From contig CALRJH020000003.1 of the NCBI GenBank assembly GCA_943367475.1, positions 97,985-161,984 on the forward strand: DNA of 64,000 bases, in the 5' to 3' direction. A program made the translations under genes and the position numbers. Source of the stretch: Paenacidovorax caeni (GTDB taxonomy: Bacteria; Pseudomonadota; Gammaproteobacteria; Burkholderiales; Methylophilaceae). The notes under the pieces are model-generated. The model was not told the origin of the DNA, did no database searches, and was given only the letters and a program-made list of their open reading frames with translations. Shown piece after piece: positions 46,694 to 55,838 of this stretch (positions are counted from its first letter, which is position 1; each line of letters opens with the position of its first letter).

Positions 46694-46743
46694 TGATAAG
46701 AGACTTTAACTTGAAAAACACGAACTACAAAAACACGGTGCAA

Positions 46744-46821
46744 TCACACAAACACGTCCATGAGGCTGATGATAATAAGCAATAAAAATCCAAATAACAG
46801 TATTTTCAGATTCAAACTCAT
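46744..46821 (-). CDS. Candidate 25-aa hydrophobic small ORF (MSLNLKILLFGFLLLIIISLMDVFV)
   Basis: Hand-translated. ATG at 46821, TGA at 46746-46744, ends ~50 nt before the orphan terminator. No Shine-Dalgarno recognised. Confidence 0.2.
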   Translation of the reverse strand: MSLNLKILLFGFLLLIIISLMDVFV

Positions 46822-47024
46822 AAATATGTCAGTGCGTTTGTGTTATTGCTAGAATACGGATCTGAGGGCTTGGGCTCAATGGCCCATTCGGGCCAATGGC
46901 TGGTATTTCAAGGCTGAACGCCTGACAGGCAGTCAACAATACACACAGTTAACTATCATCGCCAGTGGCTGAAATAGACAATCGCGCACTTGCCAGCATG
47001 ACGAATGATTCAATTAGGGGTCCT

Positions 47025-48725
47025 ATGCTAAAACTGAAACTCATGCTGGGCTTTTGGCTGGCCAACCTGACGCGCCGCCTTAAAAACAATTTTTACCTCT
47101 ACCTGGCGCTGCTGTTCAGCCTGTTTATCCTGCTGGATGCCGCTGTATTGCATGTCGGTCAGAATATGCGCGACAAAGCCTTCGACATGATGGTTAAAAA
47201 CCGCATATTCAAACCGTCAGCCGACCCTTCTATCGTCATTATCGACATCAACGAAGCCAGCCTGGCCGCGATGTCAAAAGACTATGGACGCTGGCCATGG
47301 CCTCGCCAGGTGGTCGGCGAACTGGTTGAAAACCTGCAACAGCAGCAACCCAAAGCGATTATCTTTGACATCGTGTTTTCGGATGCCGATGTCTATAACC
47401 CCGACAGTGACAGTTATTTCAACGATGTCATTAGCACCTGCGATCACTGTTTTTTTCCGCTACTGAGGCTGGACGAGAGCCAGGATAGCAAAAGTGCATT
47501 GACCTATGCGCAAATTCCCGGTTTGACACATGCGCCAGATGCCGACCCGAAGGCCACGTTTGCCGCAATCCCCCCCTATTTTAAAGGCGCGTGGAAAGCG
47601 CAACACCTCGGCACCCACAATGTATATCCCGATAATGATGGCGTGGTGCGTGAATATCGCATGCGGCATATTGACCGTGGCTGGACCTTGCCGGCTCTGC
47701 CGCTCGCTGTGGCTGACGCGTTGCATTATGACAACAGCCAGACGCCCGACGATATGCTGCTCAACTGGCGCGGCAAGCCGTTTACCTATCAGTATGTCAC
47801 CTTCAGCGATGTGTATACCGACATTACCAGTGCGCAACCCAAACGCCCTCGGGATGAATTTAAGGACAAGATCATCATTATCGGCTCCACCGCACCCGCC
47901 TTGTTTGATATCAAACCGACGGCTATGGACAAACAGTTCCCCGGCGTAGAAATACTGGCCACCGCGCTCGATAACACCATGCATCAGGACTATCTCAAGG
48001 TCTGGCGAGGCAAGCTGCCTTATATTGTGCTGAGTTTGCTGCTGGTCTGGCTCACCACGCTGGCGTTTTATTTCAAAGTTGACCGTGACCGCTTCAATGG
48101 TGTGTTTACCGGTAGCCAGATCGGTTTGCTGGTACTTTCCTACCTGGCCATCAACCTGATCCATACCTATCTGGATCTGGCTGCGCCGATTTTCTGGGCG
48201 GTGGCTTATTTCGGCATTGCTAAAATCTACGCGCTGGCCACTGACCGCGCACTGCAACGCTGGCTGGCTTTTGGCCTCAAGGCGGATAGTCCGGAACAGG
48301 AGATCCTCCTGATGCCGGTATCCATAGACAGCGATGAATCTCTGGGGGATGCCGCGATGAAACGCATTCGCAAAGAGGTCGAACTTGCCAGCCACACCCC
48401 CAACCAGATTGACGTGATGACAGGCACACAAAGTGGTGTATGGGGCCTGTTTGGCGACATCATGATTGTCAGCTGGCAATACAGCCCGCAAGCCGAGTAC
48501 CGTGAAGCCGCCAACCAGGATGCCATGCAACTGGCCAGTCGACTGGCACAGATCACCCAAACGCTGGGACTGCCTAAAAATACCCGGGTACGTTATGCTC
48601 TGCACCGTGGCATCATCGCCAGCAGTGCTTCACAACTGGCAGCCCAGTGGCGTATTTTGTTTGCACAAGCCATGATACAACTGGAAATGGAACACACATC
48701 ACAGAAAGTCGAGAGCGATCAATGA
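47025..48725 (+). CDS. CHASE2-domain membrane sensor with short, atypical cytoplasmic C-terminal domain
   Basis: ORF track starts at a GTG at 46965; the ATG at 47025 has an AGGGG RBS. Layout is TM1, then ~300-aa periplasmic region with CHASE2-like motifs (IVIIDINEASL...GRWPWPR, IIFDIVFSD, IIIIGSTAPALFD), then 3 TM, then ~150 aa with no complete output domain. Confidence 0.7.
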   Translation: MLKLKLMLGFWLANLTRRLKNNFYLYLALLFSLFILLDAAVLHVGQNMRDKAFDMMVKNRIFKPSADPSIVIIDINEASLAAMSKDYGRWPWPRQVVGELVENLQQQQPKAIIFDIVFSDADVYNPDSDSYFNDVISTCDHCFFPLLRLDESQDSKSALTYAQIPGLTHAPDADPKATFAAIPPYFKGAWKAQHLGTHNVYPDNDGVVREYRMRHIDRGWTLPALPLAVADALHYDNSQTPDDMLLNWRGKPFTYQYVTFSDVYTDITSAQPKRPRDEFKDKIIIIGSTAPALFDIKPTAMDKQFPGVEILATALDNTMHQDYLKVWRGKLPYIVLSLLLVWLTTLAFYFKVDRDRFNGVFTGSQIGLLVLSYLAINLIHTYLDLAAPIFWAVAYFGIAKIYALATDRALQRWLAFGLKADSPEQEILLMPVSIDSDESLGDAAMKRIRKEVELASHTPNQIDVMTGTQSGVWGLFGDIMIVSWQYSPQAEYREAANQDAMQLASRLAQITQTLGLPKNTRVRYALHRGIIASSASQLAAQWRILFAQAMIQLEMEHTSQKVESDQ

Positions 48726-49231
48726 TTAAAAAGCAATGTTTAGGGCTGCTGGCTGCCTTATGTTGCAGCACGGTGTTTGGCATGCATGCTGCGAACGCGG
48801 CCGAGACAGGCGTGATTTTGAAACCCGACCAGCTGCGTGTTGACGCATTTAATGACGCCAAAGTCGTTGGCAACGTCAACAAAAATGATGCAGTCGAGAT
48901 TGTGCACAAAAAAGGCGCCTGGTTACAGATCAAAAGCAATGGTAAAACCGGCTGGGTACGACTGCTCACAGTAAAGCGCAACAACCCAAGCAGCAACAAT
49001 GTGGCAGGTGTGGTCGGCGTAGCGACCGGTCGCAGCGGAACCGGCAAGGTGGTTTCTACCACGGGCATACGTGGCCTGAGCGCCGAAGACCTGAAAACTG
49101 CGCAGTTTAACGAAAGTGAAACCAAAAAACTGGAGAGCTATACCGTGAGCGCTGAAGAAGCGAAGCAATTTGCGGCCAGTGGTGGCTTGAATAGTCGTAG
49201 CTATCCTTACTTTACAGGAGGTGCGCAATGA
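48722..49231 (+). CDS. Secreted SH3b-domain protein
   Basis: Start is an ATGA overlap with the CHASE2 stop. Signal peptide ...GMHAANA. Bacterial SH3-like VGNVNKNDAVEIVHKKGAWLQIKSNGKTGWVRLLTV. Confidence 0.6.
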   Translation: MIKKQCLGLLAALCCSTVFGMHAANAAETGVILKPDQLRVDAFNDAKVVGNVNKNDAVEIVHKKGAWLQIKSNGKTGWVRLLTVKRNNPSSNNVAGVVGVATGRSGTGKVVSTTGIRGLSAEDLKTAQFNESETKKLESYTVSAEEAKQFAASGGLNSRSYPYFTGGAQ

Positions 49232-50133
49232 ACCGCCCCGCATTGAAGCAAACGGCCATGGTCCTGGCCTGTGCCGCCTGCCTGATCAGCACAAGCCAGG
49301 CCTTTGATTTAAAGGGCGCGCTCAAAGACGCCGTCAAGGAGCAGATAGGGGTGACTGATAAAAAAGAAACCGCTTCCGCACCCGGCACCGCCGATAATGC
49401 CTCGGCACAGGATAAACTGGCCAATATCAACTGGACAAACCCTAGCTTGGAAGATGAAATTGCCGTTGGCCGCAATGTGACAGGCACCATACTGGGTGCG
49501 GCAGCGCTGGTGAATGATGCAGGATTACAGGCCTATGTGAATAAAGTCGGACGCTGGGTGGCCAGCCAATCAGAACGTGCAGACATGGCCTGGCGTTTTG
49601 GCGTGATTGACAGCAGTGACATCAATGCCTTTGCCGCACCCGGTGGTTATGTGCTGATTACCAAAGGCCTGTATCAACGCTTGACCAGTGAAGCGCAACT
49701 GGCTGGCGTACTCGGGCACGAAATTGCACATGTGGTGCAAAAACACCATTTGAAAGTCATGCAAAAACAGGCGCTGCTCGATGCCGGGACTTCATTTCTG
49801 AAAGAAAAAATCAGTAAAAACAAGCTGACCCAGCGCGCCGTCAGTACCGGTGCCGAAATCAGCGCACGTAATCTGGATAAAAGTGCGGAATACGAAGCGG
49901 ACAGCATGGGGACTGTGCTGGCGGCACGCGCCGGTTATGAGGTCTATGGCTTGGCCGAGGTATTACAGGCACTGGCGCTGGTGAATAATAACGATAGCAG
50001 TATGGCCCTGCTGTTTCAAACTCACCCGCACCCGGATGAACGGCTGGCACAACTCAGCCTGATCAGTGGTAATCAGCTGGATAGCATGGAAGGCGGCAAA
50101 ACACTGGACACTCGTTTGTACCGTTTAAAATAA
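49228..50133 (+). CDS. M48-family zinc metalloprotease (periplasmic, YcaL/BepA-like)
   Basis: ATGA overlap with the SH3b gene. Signal peptide. NAFAAPGGYVLITKGL, HEIAHVVQKH (HExxH), third ligand region EYEADSMG. C-terminal THPHPDERL. Confidence 0.8.
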   Translation: MNRPALKQTAMVLACAACLISTSQAFDLKGALKDAVKEQIGVTDKKETASAPGTADNASAQDKLANINWTNPSLEDEIAVGRNVTGTILGAAALVNDAGLQAYVNKVGRWVASQSERADMAWRFGVIDSSDINAFAAPGGYVLITKGLYQRLTSEAQLAGVLGHEIAHVVQKHHLKVMQKQALLDAGTSFLKEKISKNKLTQRAVSTGAEISARNLDKSAEYEADSMGTVLAARAGYEVYGLAEVLQALALVNNNDSSMALLFQTHPHPDERLAQLSLISGNQLDSMEGGKTLDTRLYRLK

Positions 50134-50145
50134 AACGACCCTCAT

Positions 50146-50182
50146 AAAAAGCGCGCGTCAGTATCCCTGAAGCGCGCTTTTT
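50146..50182. terminator. Bidirectional Rho-independent terminator between convergent M48 and AI-2E genes
   Basis: AAAAAGCGCGC - 15-nt loop - GCGCGCTTTTT. Confidence 0.65.
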
Positions 50183-50196
50183 ATTGACCTGAATCA

Positions 50197-51201
50197 TCAA
50201 ATCCAGTCACGCACCCGGCACTCACTCTTGATATAGGCATAATAGACCGGAGCCGCCACAATGCCAGTCACGCCAAAGGTCGCCTCCATCAACAACATGG
50301 CAACCAGCAACTCCCATGCACGCGCATGGATTTGCTCCCCGACGATTCTGGCATTCAGGAAGTATTCAAGCTTGTGAATAATCACCAGAAACCCGAGTGA
50401 GCCAAGCGCAATCAGAAAAGAATGACTGGTACTGACAATGACAATCACAGTATTGGAAATGAGATTACCAATGACTGGCAACAGCCCTACCAGAAAAGTA
50501 ATGGCAATCAGGGTTTTGGTAAATGGCAGGTGCACCCCACACAAGGGCAGCACAATCGCCAGGTAGATCGCAGTGAGACTGGCATTCACTGCCGATATCT
50601 TGATTTGCGCAAACACAATATTTTTAAATGCTGCAGAAAAAAGTGCAACACGGCGCATCAGACTTTGCGCAAAAGGCTTGTAGTGGCTGTCAGTCTCGAC
50701 ATCGTGCAAGGCAACCATGGCGCCAATCACCATGGCAATCAGAATATGCGCCAGATGATGGCCCGCCTCTTTGCCCAGTAATTGCCAATCGGCTGAATGG
50801 GCGCGCAGCCATTCAATCACGGTTTGCTGCAAGGTGATGGCATCGTCAGGCAAACGGTCATTTAACCAGGAAGGCAGTACTTTGCGCGAATCCTCGATAA
50901 TGCGCGCCAATTGATCAAACAGCATGGAAAAACCACCGGAATCACTGCGAATCAGTGTAATCAAGCCCATACCCAAACCAACCAGCAAACTGATAATCAA
51001 GGTCGCCAGCAACATGACGGATAACAGTTTGGCGTACTTTCCTGGGACTTTGCGCTCAATAATCGGCGAAATAATATGGATCAGTTCAAACACCAGCAGG
51101 CCAATGAGCAGTGCCGGTAACAAATGGACCTGTAACACCAGCAGCATCAATACTGCCATCACGCCATAGGAAGCAATATCGAATTTTTGAGTCTGTGTCA
51201 T
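50197..51201 (-). CDS. AI-2E family transporter (PerM/UPF0118)
   Basis: Polytopic membrane protein with conserved C-terminal GLLPVIGNLISN... and GVTGIVAAPV patterns. The start MTQTQKF at 51201 has an AAGGA RBS; the ORF track extends to 51255. Confidence 0.75.
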   Translation of the reverse strand: MTQTQKFDIASYGVMAVLMLLVLQVHLLPALLIGLLVFELIHIISPIIERKVPGKYAKLLSVMLLATLIISLLVGLGMGLITLIRSDSGGFSMLFDQLARIIEDSRKVLPSWLNDRLPDDAITLQQTVIEWLRAHSADWQLLGKEAGHHLAHILIAMVIGAMVALHDVETDSHYKPFAQSLMRRVALFSAAFKNIVFAQIKISAVNASLTAIYLAIVLPLCGVHLPFTKTLIAITFLVGLLPVIGNLISNTVIVIVSTSHSFLIALGSLGFLVIIHKLEYFLNARIVGEQIHARAWELLVAMLLMEATFGVTGIVAAPVYYAYIKSECRVRDWI

Positions 51202-51220
51202 ACTTTCCTTCATGCCTACA

Positions 51221-51781
51221 TTAAGCAAACTTGCGCTGTAGCTGCTGTGCCGCATTCAGTGGCAATTTCAACAAGAAATGCACCGCCTCATCAAAATGTT
51301 TATCCAATACTTCGCCATTGGCTTTTTGCACTTCCCGCGTCAATTCGTCCACTCTTTTGTAAGTGGTGGTGATGTTTAGTTGCACCATCTCGACAAAAGG
51401 AATGCTGCCAGCCAACTCCATGGCCATTTTGGCAGTGCCACCGTACGCGCGTACCAAACCACCGGTGCCCAGATTGATTCCGCCATAATAGCGTATAACC
51501 GCTACACAGCAATTGACATAATTTTGCCCATCCAGCATTTGCATGATCGGCTTGCCCGCAGTGCCGGCAGGTTCACCGGCATCCGAAAATCGCGCAACAA
51601 TCCCGTCGACGGTATGCATGCGAAAGGCATAAGCCAAATGGCCTGCACCCTGATGCTCACTGGCAAACTGTCGTAAGAACAGCGCCAGCTCACGTTCGTT
51701 TTCACAACGCCTGGCACGCGCAAAAAAGCGGGATTTATTAATGGTCTGGTCAGCCTGACCGAGTTGCTGGAAAGTCAACAT
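51221..51781 (-). CDS. yigZ: YigZ/IMPACT-family protein (UPF0029)
   Basis: INKSRFFARA...HLAYAFR...FSDAGEPAGTAGKPIL-like...VIRYYGGINLGTGGLVRAYG. Confidence 0.8.
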   Translation of the reverse strand: MLTFQQLGQADQTINKSRFFARARRCENERELALFLRQFASEHQGAGHLAYAFRMHTVDGIVARFSDAGEPAGTAGKPIMQMLDGQNYVNCCVAVIRYYGGINLGTGGLVRAYGGTAKMAMELAGSIPFVEMVQLNITTTYKRVDELTREVQKANGEVLDKHFDEAVHFLLKLPLNAAQQLQRKFA

Positions 51782-51793
51782 GCAGATGGAAGA

Positions 51794-53440
51794 TTAAGAA
51801 AGCCCGGTGATTTTACCATCGGCACGCACCCCAATACGTGTACTTGCAGGTTGTTTTGGCAAGCCAGGCATGGTCATGATATCGCCACAGATGGCAACAA
51901 CGAAGCCTGCGCCACGCGAGAGCCGCAGCTCGCGCACCAGCAAGGTATGCCCCACAGGGACATTCCGTTGTTTGGGATCACAGGAAAATGAGTATTGTGT
52001 TTTAGCCACACACACTGGCAATCCCTGGCTGGAGGCTGCCATGGCATGCAACTGCGCTTGCGCCGTCGCACTGAATGCCACACCGTCAGCACCGTAAATC
52101 CTGCGTGCCAGCAAAGCCAGTTTTTCCTCCAGGGCAATATCGTCCGCATAGCCCAGCCGGACATCTGCGGACGGTTGTGATAATTGCGTGACTACCGCCT
52201 CGGCCAGCTCTATGGCACCACTGGCGCCGTTTGCCCAATGTTTGCAAACGTGCATCTGATACCCCCAGCGCTGCACAGCAGCATTGACCAAAGCAACTTC
52301 TGCTTCAGTATCATGAGTGAAATGGTTGAGTGCCACCATTACAGGTAAGCCAAACTGCTGATGCAGGTTATCCAGGTGTTTTTTCAGGTTTGCCAAGCCG
52401 GCCTGTAGTGCGTCCAGATGCTCATTGTTTAAATCGGCCACCTCTACCCCGCCGTGATACTTGAGCGCCCGCACCGTTGCAACCAGCACCGCCACATCCG
52501 GGCGCAAGCCTGACTGGCGGCACTTGATATCCATAAACTTTTCGGCACCCAGGTCGGCACCAAAACCGGCCTCTGTCACCACATAATCGGCCAGTCGCAA
52601 GGCCGAGCGCGTGGCCACCAACGAATTACAGCCATGCGCAATATTGGCAAATGGCCCGCCATGCACCAGTGCCGGTGAACCGGCCAGGGATTGCACCAGA
52701 TTGGGCTGGAAAGCATCTTTAAGCAAGGCAGTCATCGCGCCTTCTGCCTGCAAATCGCTGGCAAAGATGGGATTTCCGGCGGCATTGCTACCCAGCTGTA
52801 TGCGCCCCAGCCTGGCCGTCAAATCCTGCAGATCTACCGCCAGGCAGAAAATGGCCATGACCTCGCTGGCCACAGTAATATCAAATCCGGTGTGCACATC
52901 ATGGTCCAGCGTCACCCGGCGCAAGGCACGGTCATTCATATCCATACAGCGGCGCCAGCTGACATGCTCGAAGCCCAGCATATTGCCCTGATAAATATGA
53001 TTATCGATTAATGCAGCCAGTAAATTATTGGCCGCACTGATGGCATGAAAGTCGCCGGTAAAGTGCAGGTTGATGTTTTCCATCGGCACGACTTGAGCAT
53101 AGCCGCCCCCGGTCGCGCCCCCTTTCATGCCAAACACCGGGCCCATGGAAGGCTCGCGCAAGCATGCCATGGCGGAATACCCGGCATGATTCAGTGCATC
53201 GGTGAGGCCAATCGTCGTCGTGGTTTTACCTTCTCCGGCCGGAGTGGGGCTGATCGCGGTGACCAGAATCAGCTTGGCGCGCGCGGGTTGCTGTTGCAGC
53301 GAATTAACAGTCGCCTGCGTCAGTTTGGCAATGTGGTGGCCATAGGGCAACCAAGCCTCGGCAGACAGCCCCAGTTTCCTGGCGACTGCGTGTATGGGTA
53401 ATAGCGTTGCAGCTTGCGCAATCTCGATATCAGTCAGCAT
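51794..53440 (-). CDS. fhs: Formate--tetrahydrofolate ligase
   Basis: LTDIEIAQ..., ITPTPAGEGKTTTTIGL, PSMGPVFGMKGGATGGGY. Confidence 0.95.
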   Translation of the reverse strand: MLTDIEIAQAATLLPIHAVARKLGLSAEAWLPYGHHIAKLTQATVNSLQQQPARAKLILVTAISPTPAGEGKTTTTIGLTDALNHAGYSAMACLREPSMGPVFGMKGGATGGGYAQVVPMENINLHFTGDFHAISAANNLLAALIDNHIYQGNMLGFEHVSWRRCMDMNDRALRRVTLDHDVHTGFDITVASEVMAIFCLAVDLQDLTARLGRIQLGSNAAGNPIFASDLQAEGAMTALLKDAFQPNLVQSLAGSPALVHGGPFANIAHGCNSLVATRSALRLADYVVTEAGFGADLGAEKFMDIKCRQSGLRPDVAVLVATVRALKYHGGVEVADLNNEHLDALQAGLANLKKHLDNLHQQFGLPVMVALNHFTHDTEAEVALVNAAVQRWGYQMHVCKHWANGASGAIELAEAVVTQLSQPSADVRLGYADDIALEEKLALLARRIYGADGVAFSATAQAQLHAMAASSQGLPVCVAKTQYSFSCDPKQRNVPVGHTLLVRELRLSRGAGFVVAICGDIMTMPGLPKQPASTRIGVRADGKITGLS

Positions 53441-53474
53441 GGCGCTCTCTGTGAATGGCTTTCAAGCGCAAGTG

Positions 53475-54986
53475 TTACCGACGACTCTTGCTGCTGCTTC
53501 CACCAAGAATCGACCCCAGCACGCCACGGACTATGGCACGGCCAAGTTGCGAGCCAATTGCCCGTGCAGCAGATTTGGCAGCCGACTCCAGCACAGAGTC
53601 TGAACGGCTGGTTTTACCCCCTAAAATACCGCCCAAATCAAACCCTGAATCAGATTCCAGTTCAGCATTTTTAGCTGTGCTGGCTTCATTGGCGACCGTC
53701 TCTGCCCGTTGCTTGAGAATCTCGTAAGCCGATTCACGGTCTACCAGTTTATCGTAGACACCTGCCACCAGTGACTGTGCCATGGCACGCTGGCGTTCTG
53801 CATCGGTAGCCGGCCCAATCCGGCTTTCAGGCGGACAAATGAAAGTACGCTCTACCGGGGTCGGCGTGCCCTTTTCATCCAGAAACGAAACCAGGGCTTC
53901 GCCCACACCGAGTTCGGTAATCACCGTAGCCACGTCCAGCTTGGGGTTGGCGCGGAAGGTTTGTGCGGCGACCTGCACAGCCTTCTGGTCACGTGGCGTA
54001 AAGGCACGCAAGGCGTGCTGTACGCGGTTACCCAGCTGACCGAGTACCACATCGGGAATATCCAGCGGATTTTGCGAAACAAAATACACGCCTACCCCTT
54101 TGGAACGCACCAGACGAACGACCTGCTCGATTTTCTGCATCAGAATGGCGGGGGCATCGTTAAACAGTAAGTGCGCTTCGTCAAAGAAAAAAACCAGCTT
54201 GGGTTTGTCGAGGTCGCCCACTTCCGGTAATTTTTCAAACAGCTCGGATAACAGCCATAGCAGCAATGTGGCATACACGCGCGGGGAATTCAGCAATTTA
54301 TCAGCAGCCAGAATATTGATAAAACCCAAGCCCTTGGCATCGGTCTGCATCATGTCTTCCAGATTGAGGGCAGGCTCGCCAAACAGTACATCGCCGCCTT
54401 CAGTTTCAATCTGCAACAGTGCGCGCTGAATAGCGCCTACACTGGCAGCAGAAATATTGCCGTACTGGGTCTGGTAAGTGGCTGAATTTTCTGCACAGTG
54501 CTGCGACATCGCGCGTAAATCTTTCAAATCCAGCAGCAACATCCCGTTGTCATCTGCGATTTTAAAAATCGCATTGAGCACGCCACCTTGCACCTCGTTT
54601 AAATTCAGCATGCGCGCCAGTAACAACGGGCCCATTTCACTCAGGGTGGTGCGTACCGGATGGCCTTTTTCACCAAACATATCCCAGAACATGACAGGAT
54701 ATGCCTTGTTTGCATAGTCAGCCAGCTTAAGCTGCTGCACCCTGGCCTCGACTTTGGCATTGCCGCCGCCCACCTGGCTCATGCCGGACAAATCACCTTT
54801 GACGTCGGCCATAAACACCGGTACGCCAATCCGCGAAAACTGCTCGGCCAGACTTTGCAATGTGACGGTTTTACCAGTGCCGGTGGCACCTGCAATCAAG
54901 CCATGGCGATTGGCCATTTTGGGCAGCATTGCACTGTCGGTTTCATTATTTTTTGCAATCAGCATGGGGGTGGTCATAGGGCTCAC
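53475..54986 (-). CDS. DUF853-family HerA-like P-loop ATPase (YjgR-like)
   Basis: Walker [13 protein letters not shown], Walker [13 protein letters not shown], Gly/Ser-rich basic C-terminal tail. Confidence 0.8.
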   Translation of the reverse strand: MSPMTTPMLIAKNNETDSAMLPKMANRHGLIAGATGTGKTVTLQSLAEQFSRIGVPVFMADVKGDLSGMSQVGGGNAKVEARVQQLKLADYANKAYPVMFWDMFGEKGHPVRTTLSEMGPLLLARMLNLNEVQGGVLNAIFKIADDNGMLLLDLKDLRAMSQHCAENSATYQTQYGNISAASVGAIQRALLQIETEGGDVLFGEPALNLEDMMQTDAKGLGFINILAADKLLNSPRVYATLLLWLLSELFEKLPEVGDLDKPKLVFFFDEAHLLFNDAPAILMQKIEQVVRLVRSKGVGVYFVSQNPLDIPDVVLGQLGNRVQHALRAFTPRDQKAVQVAAQTFRANPKLDVATVITELGVGEALVSFLDEKGTPTPVERTFICPPESRIGPATDAERQRAMAQSLVAGVYDKLVDRESAYEILKQRAETVANEASTAKNAELESDSGFDLGGILGGKTSRSDSVLESAAKSAARAIGSQLGRAIVRGVLGSILGGSSSKSRR

Positions 54987-55210
54987 TCAAACAATTATTG
55001 GCATGTTTGAGTATAGGGGATGACCGAAAAAAGTGGAAGGTGGTTGTGTTAGCAGACAGAGGAAAAACGGTGATTTAAAACCACTGATGAAGCTTCAAGT
55101 AAGCAGAAAGCAATGTGAGCCATCGAAGCCGAAGGTCGATACCTGACAAAGTGAGACAAAAGGGCTGCGCTGCACCTGGATCACGCACTGCAGCTGGGGA
55201 CATTATAGAA

Positions 55211-55762
55211 TCAGAAATCCCCTCGCCGCGCTCTCTCCATCAGCGTGATCAGGGCATCTTCCAGTTGATGGGCTGCAGTTTGTGCCCGGGCAGTCGGCTG
55301 TTTAATGTTTTTGAGGTCATGCGTAGGGCGGTCAAGTCCCAGATATAAACGCAACTGGCCGGAGGCATCCGGCTTCTCGTAAATTGCAAGTCTGCACGGT
55401 GCGAATACCAGAAATTCCGGGTGATCGAGCATGATTTCAGTGCCCATGCTCAAATTACAAAACGTGCGCACTTCTTTCACCCCCTGCGGATCCAGCCCAC
55501 GCTGCTTCATATGATCAGCAATCGGAAAATTGGCCGGATTGACAAAGTTCATGCCCTCGGACACTGACTTGAGACTGTCGACCAGGTCCTGGTAGCTGAC
55601 GCCCGGCTTTACTGGCACCTCATAAATCGCATTATCCAGATCGACGTCCGGCATGCCGTGACCAATCACGCGCACATGCGGTGCGGCATCCGGGGCTGCC
55701 AAGATAGTTGAAGGCGTCAGACAGGCAAGCAAACAGCAAAGTATTGATAGGGCTCCAAGCAT
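55211..55762 (-). CDS. DUF302-domain periplasmic protein
   Basis: Start MLGALSIL with a signal peptide. ...FCNLSMGTEIMLDHPEFLVFAPCRLAIYE pattern of DUF302. Confidence 0.6.
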   Translation of the reverse strand: MLGALSILCCLLACLTPSTILAAPDAAPHVRVIGHGMPDVDLDNAIYEVPVKPGVSYQDLVDSLKSVSEGMNFVNPANFPIADHMKQRGLDPQGVKEVRTFCNLSMGTEIMLDHPEFLVFAPCRLAIYEKPDASGQLRLYLGLDRPTHDLKNIKQPTARAQTAAHQLEDALITLMERARRGDF

Positions 55763-55838
55763 AATAGACCTCAGAATATGTATCCAATTAAAGCATGCAC
55801 GGGTGGCAGCCAGTGTGATCCAGGTCACGCTGAAGAGC

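Noticed and set aside
47460-48605. 381-aa minus-strand ORF, the longest unexplained ORF in the track
   Set aside because: It lies entirely antisense to the well-supported CHASE2 gene. The product is R/G/H/Q/V-rich with no motifs, signal peptide or RBS. It looks like a shadow ORF, as is common on the antisense strand of GC-richer genes.
53441-53474. Possible ZTP (pfl-motif) riboswitch upstream of fhs, a common location for it
   Set aside because: Only 34 nt separate fhs from the upstream DUF853 gene. That is far too short for the riboswitch, and I saw no matching conserved sequence.
54984-55011. Hairpin CTCAAACA-(12 nt)-TGTTTGAG overlapping the DUF853 start codon region
   Set aside because: It is only 8 bp, AT-rich, and has no second line of evidence. 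Too weak to call a translational control element.
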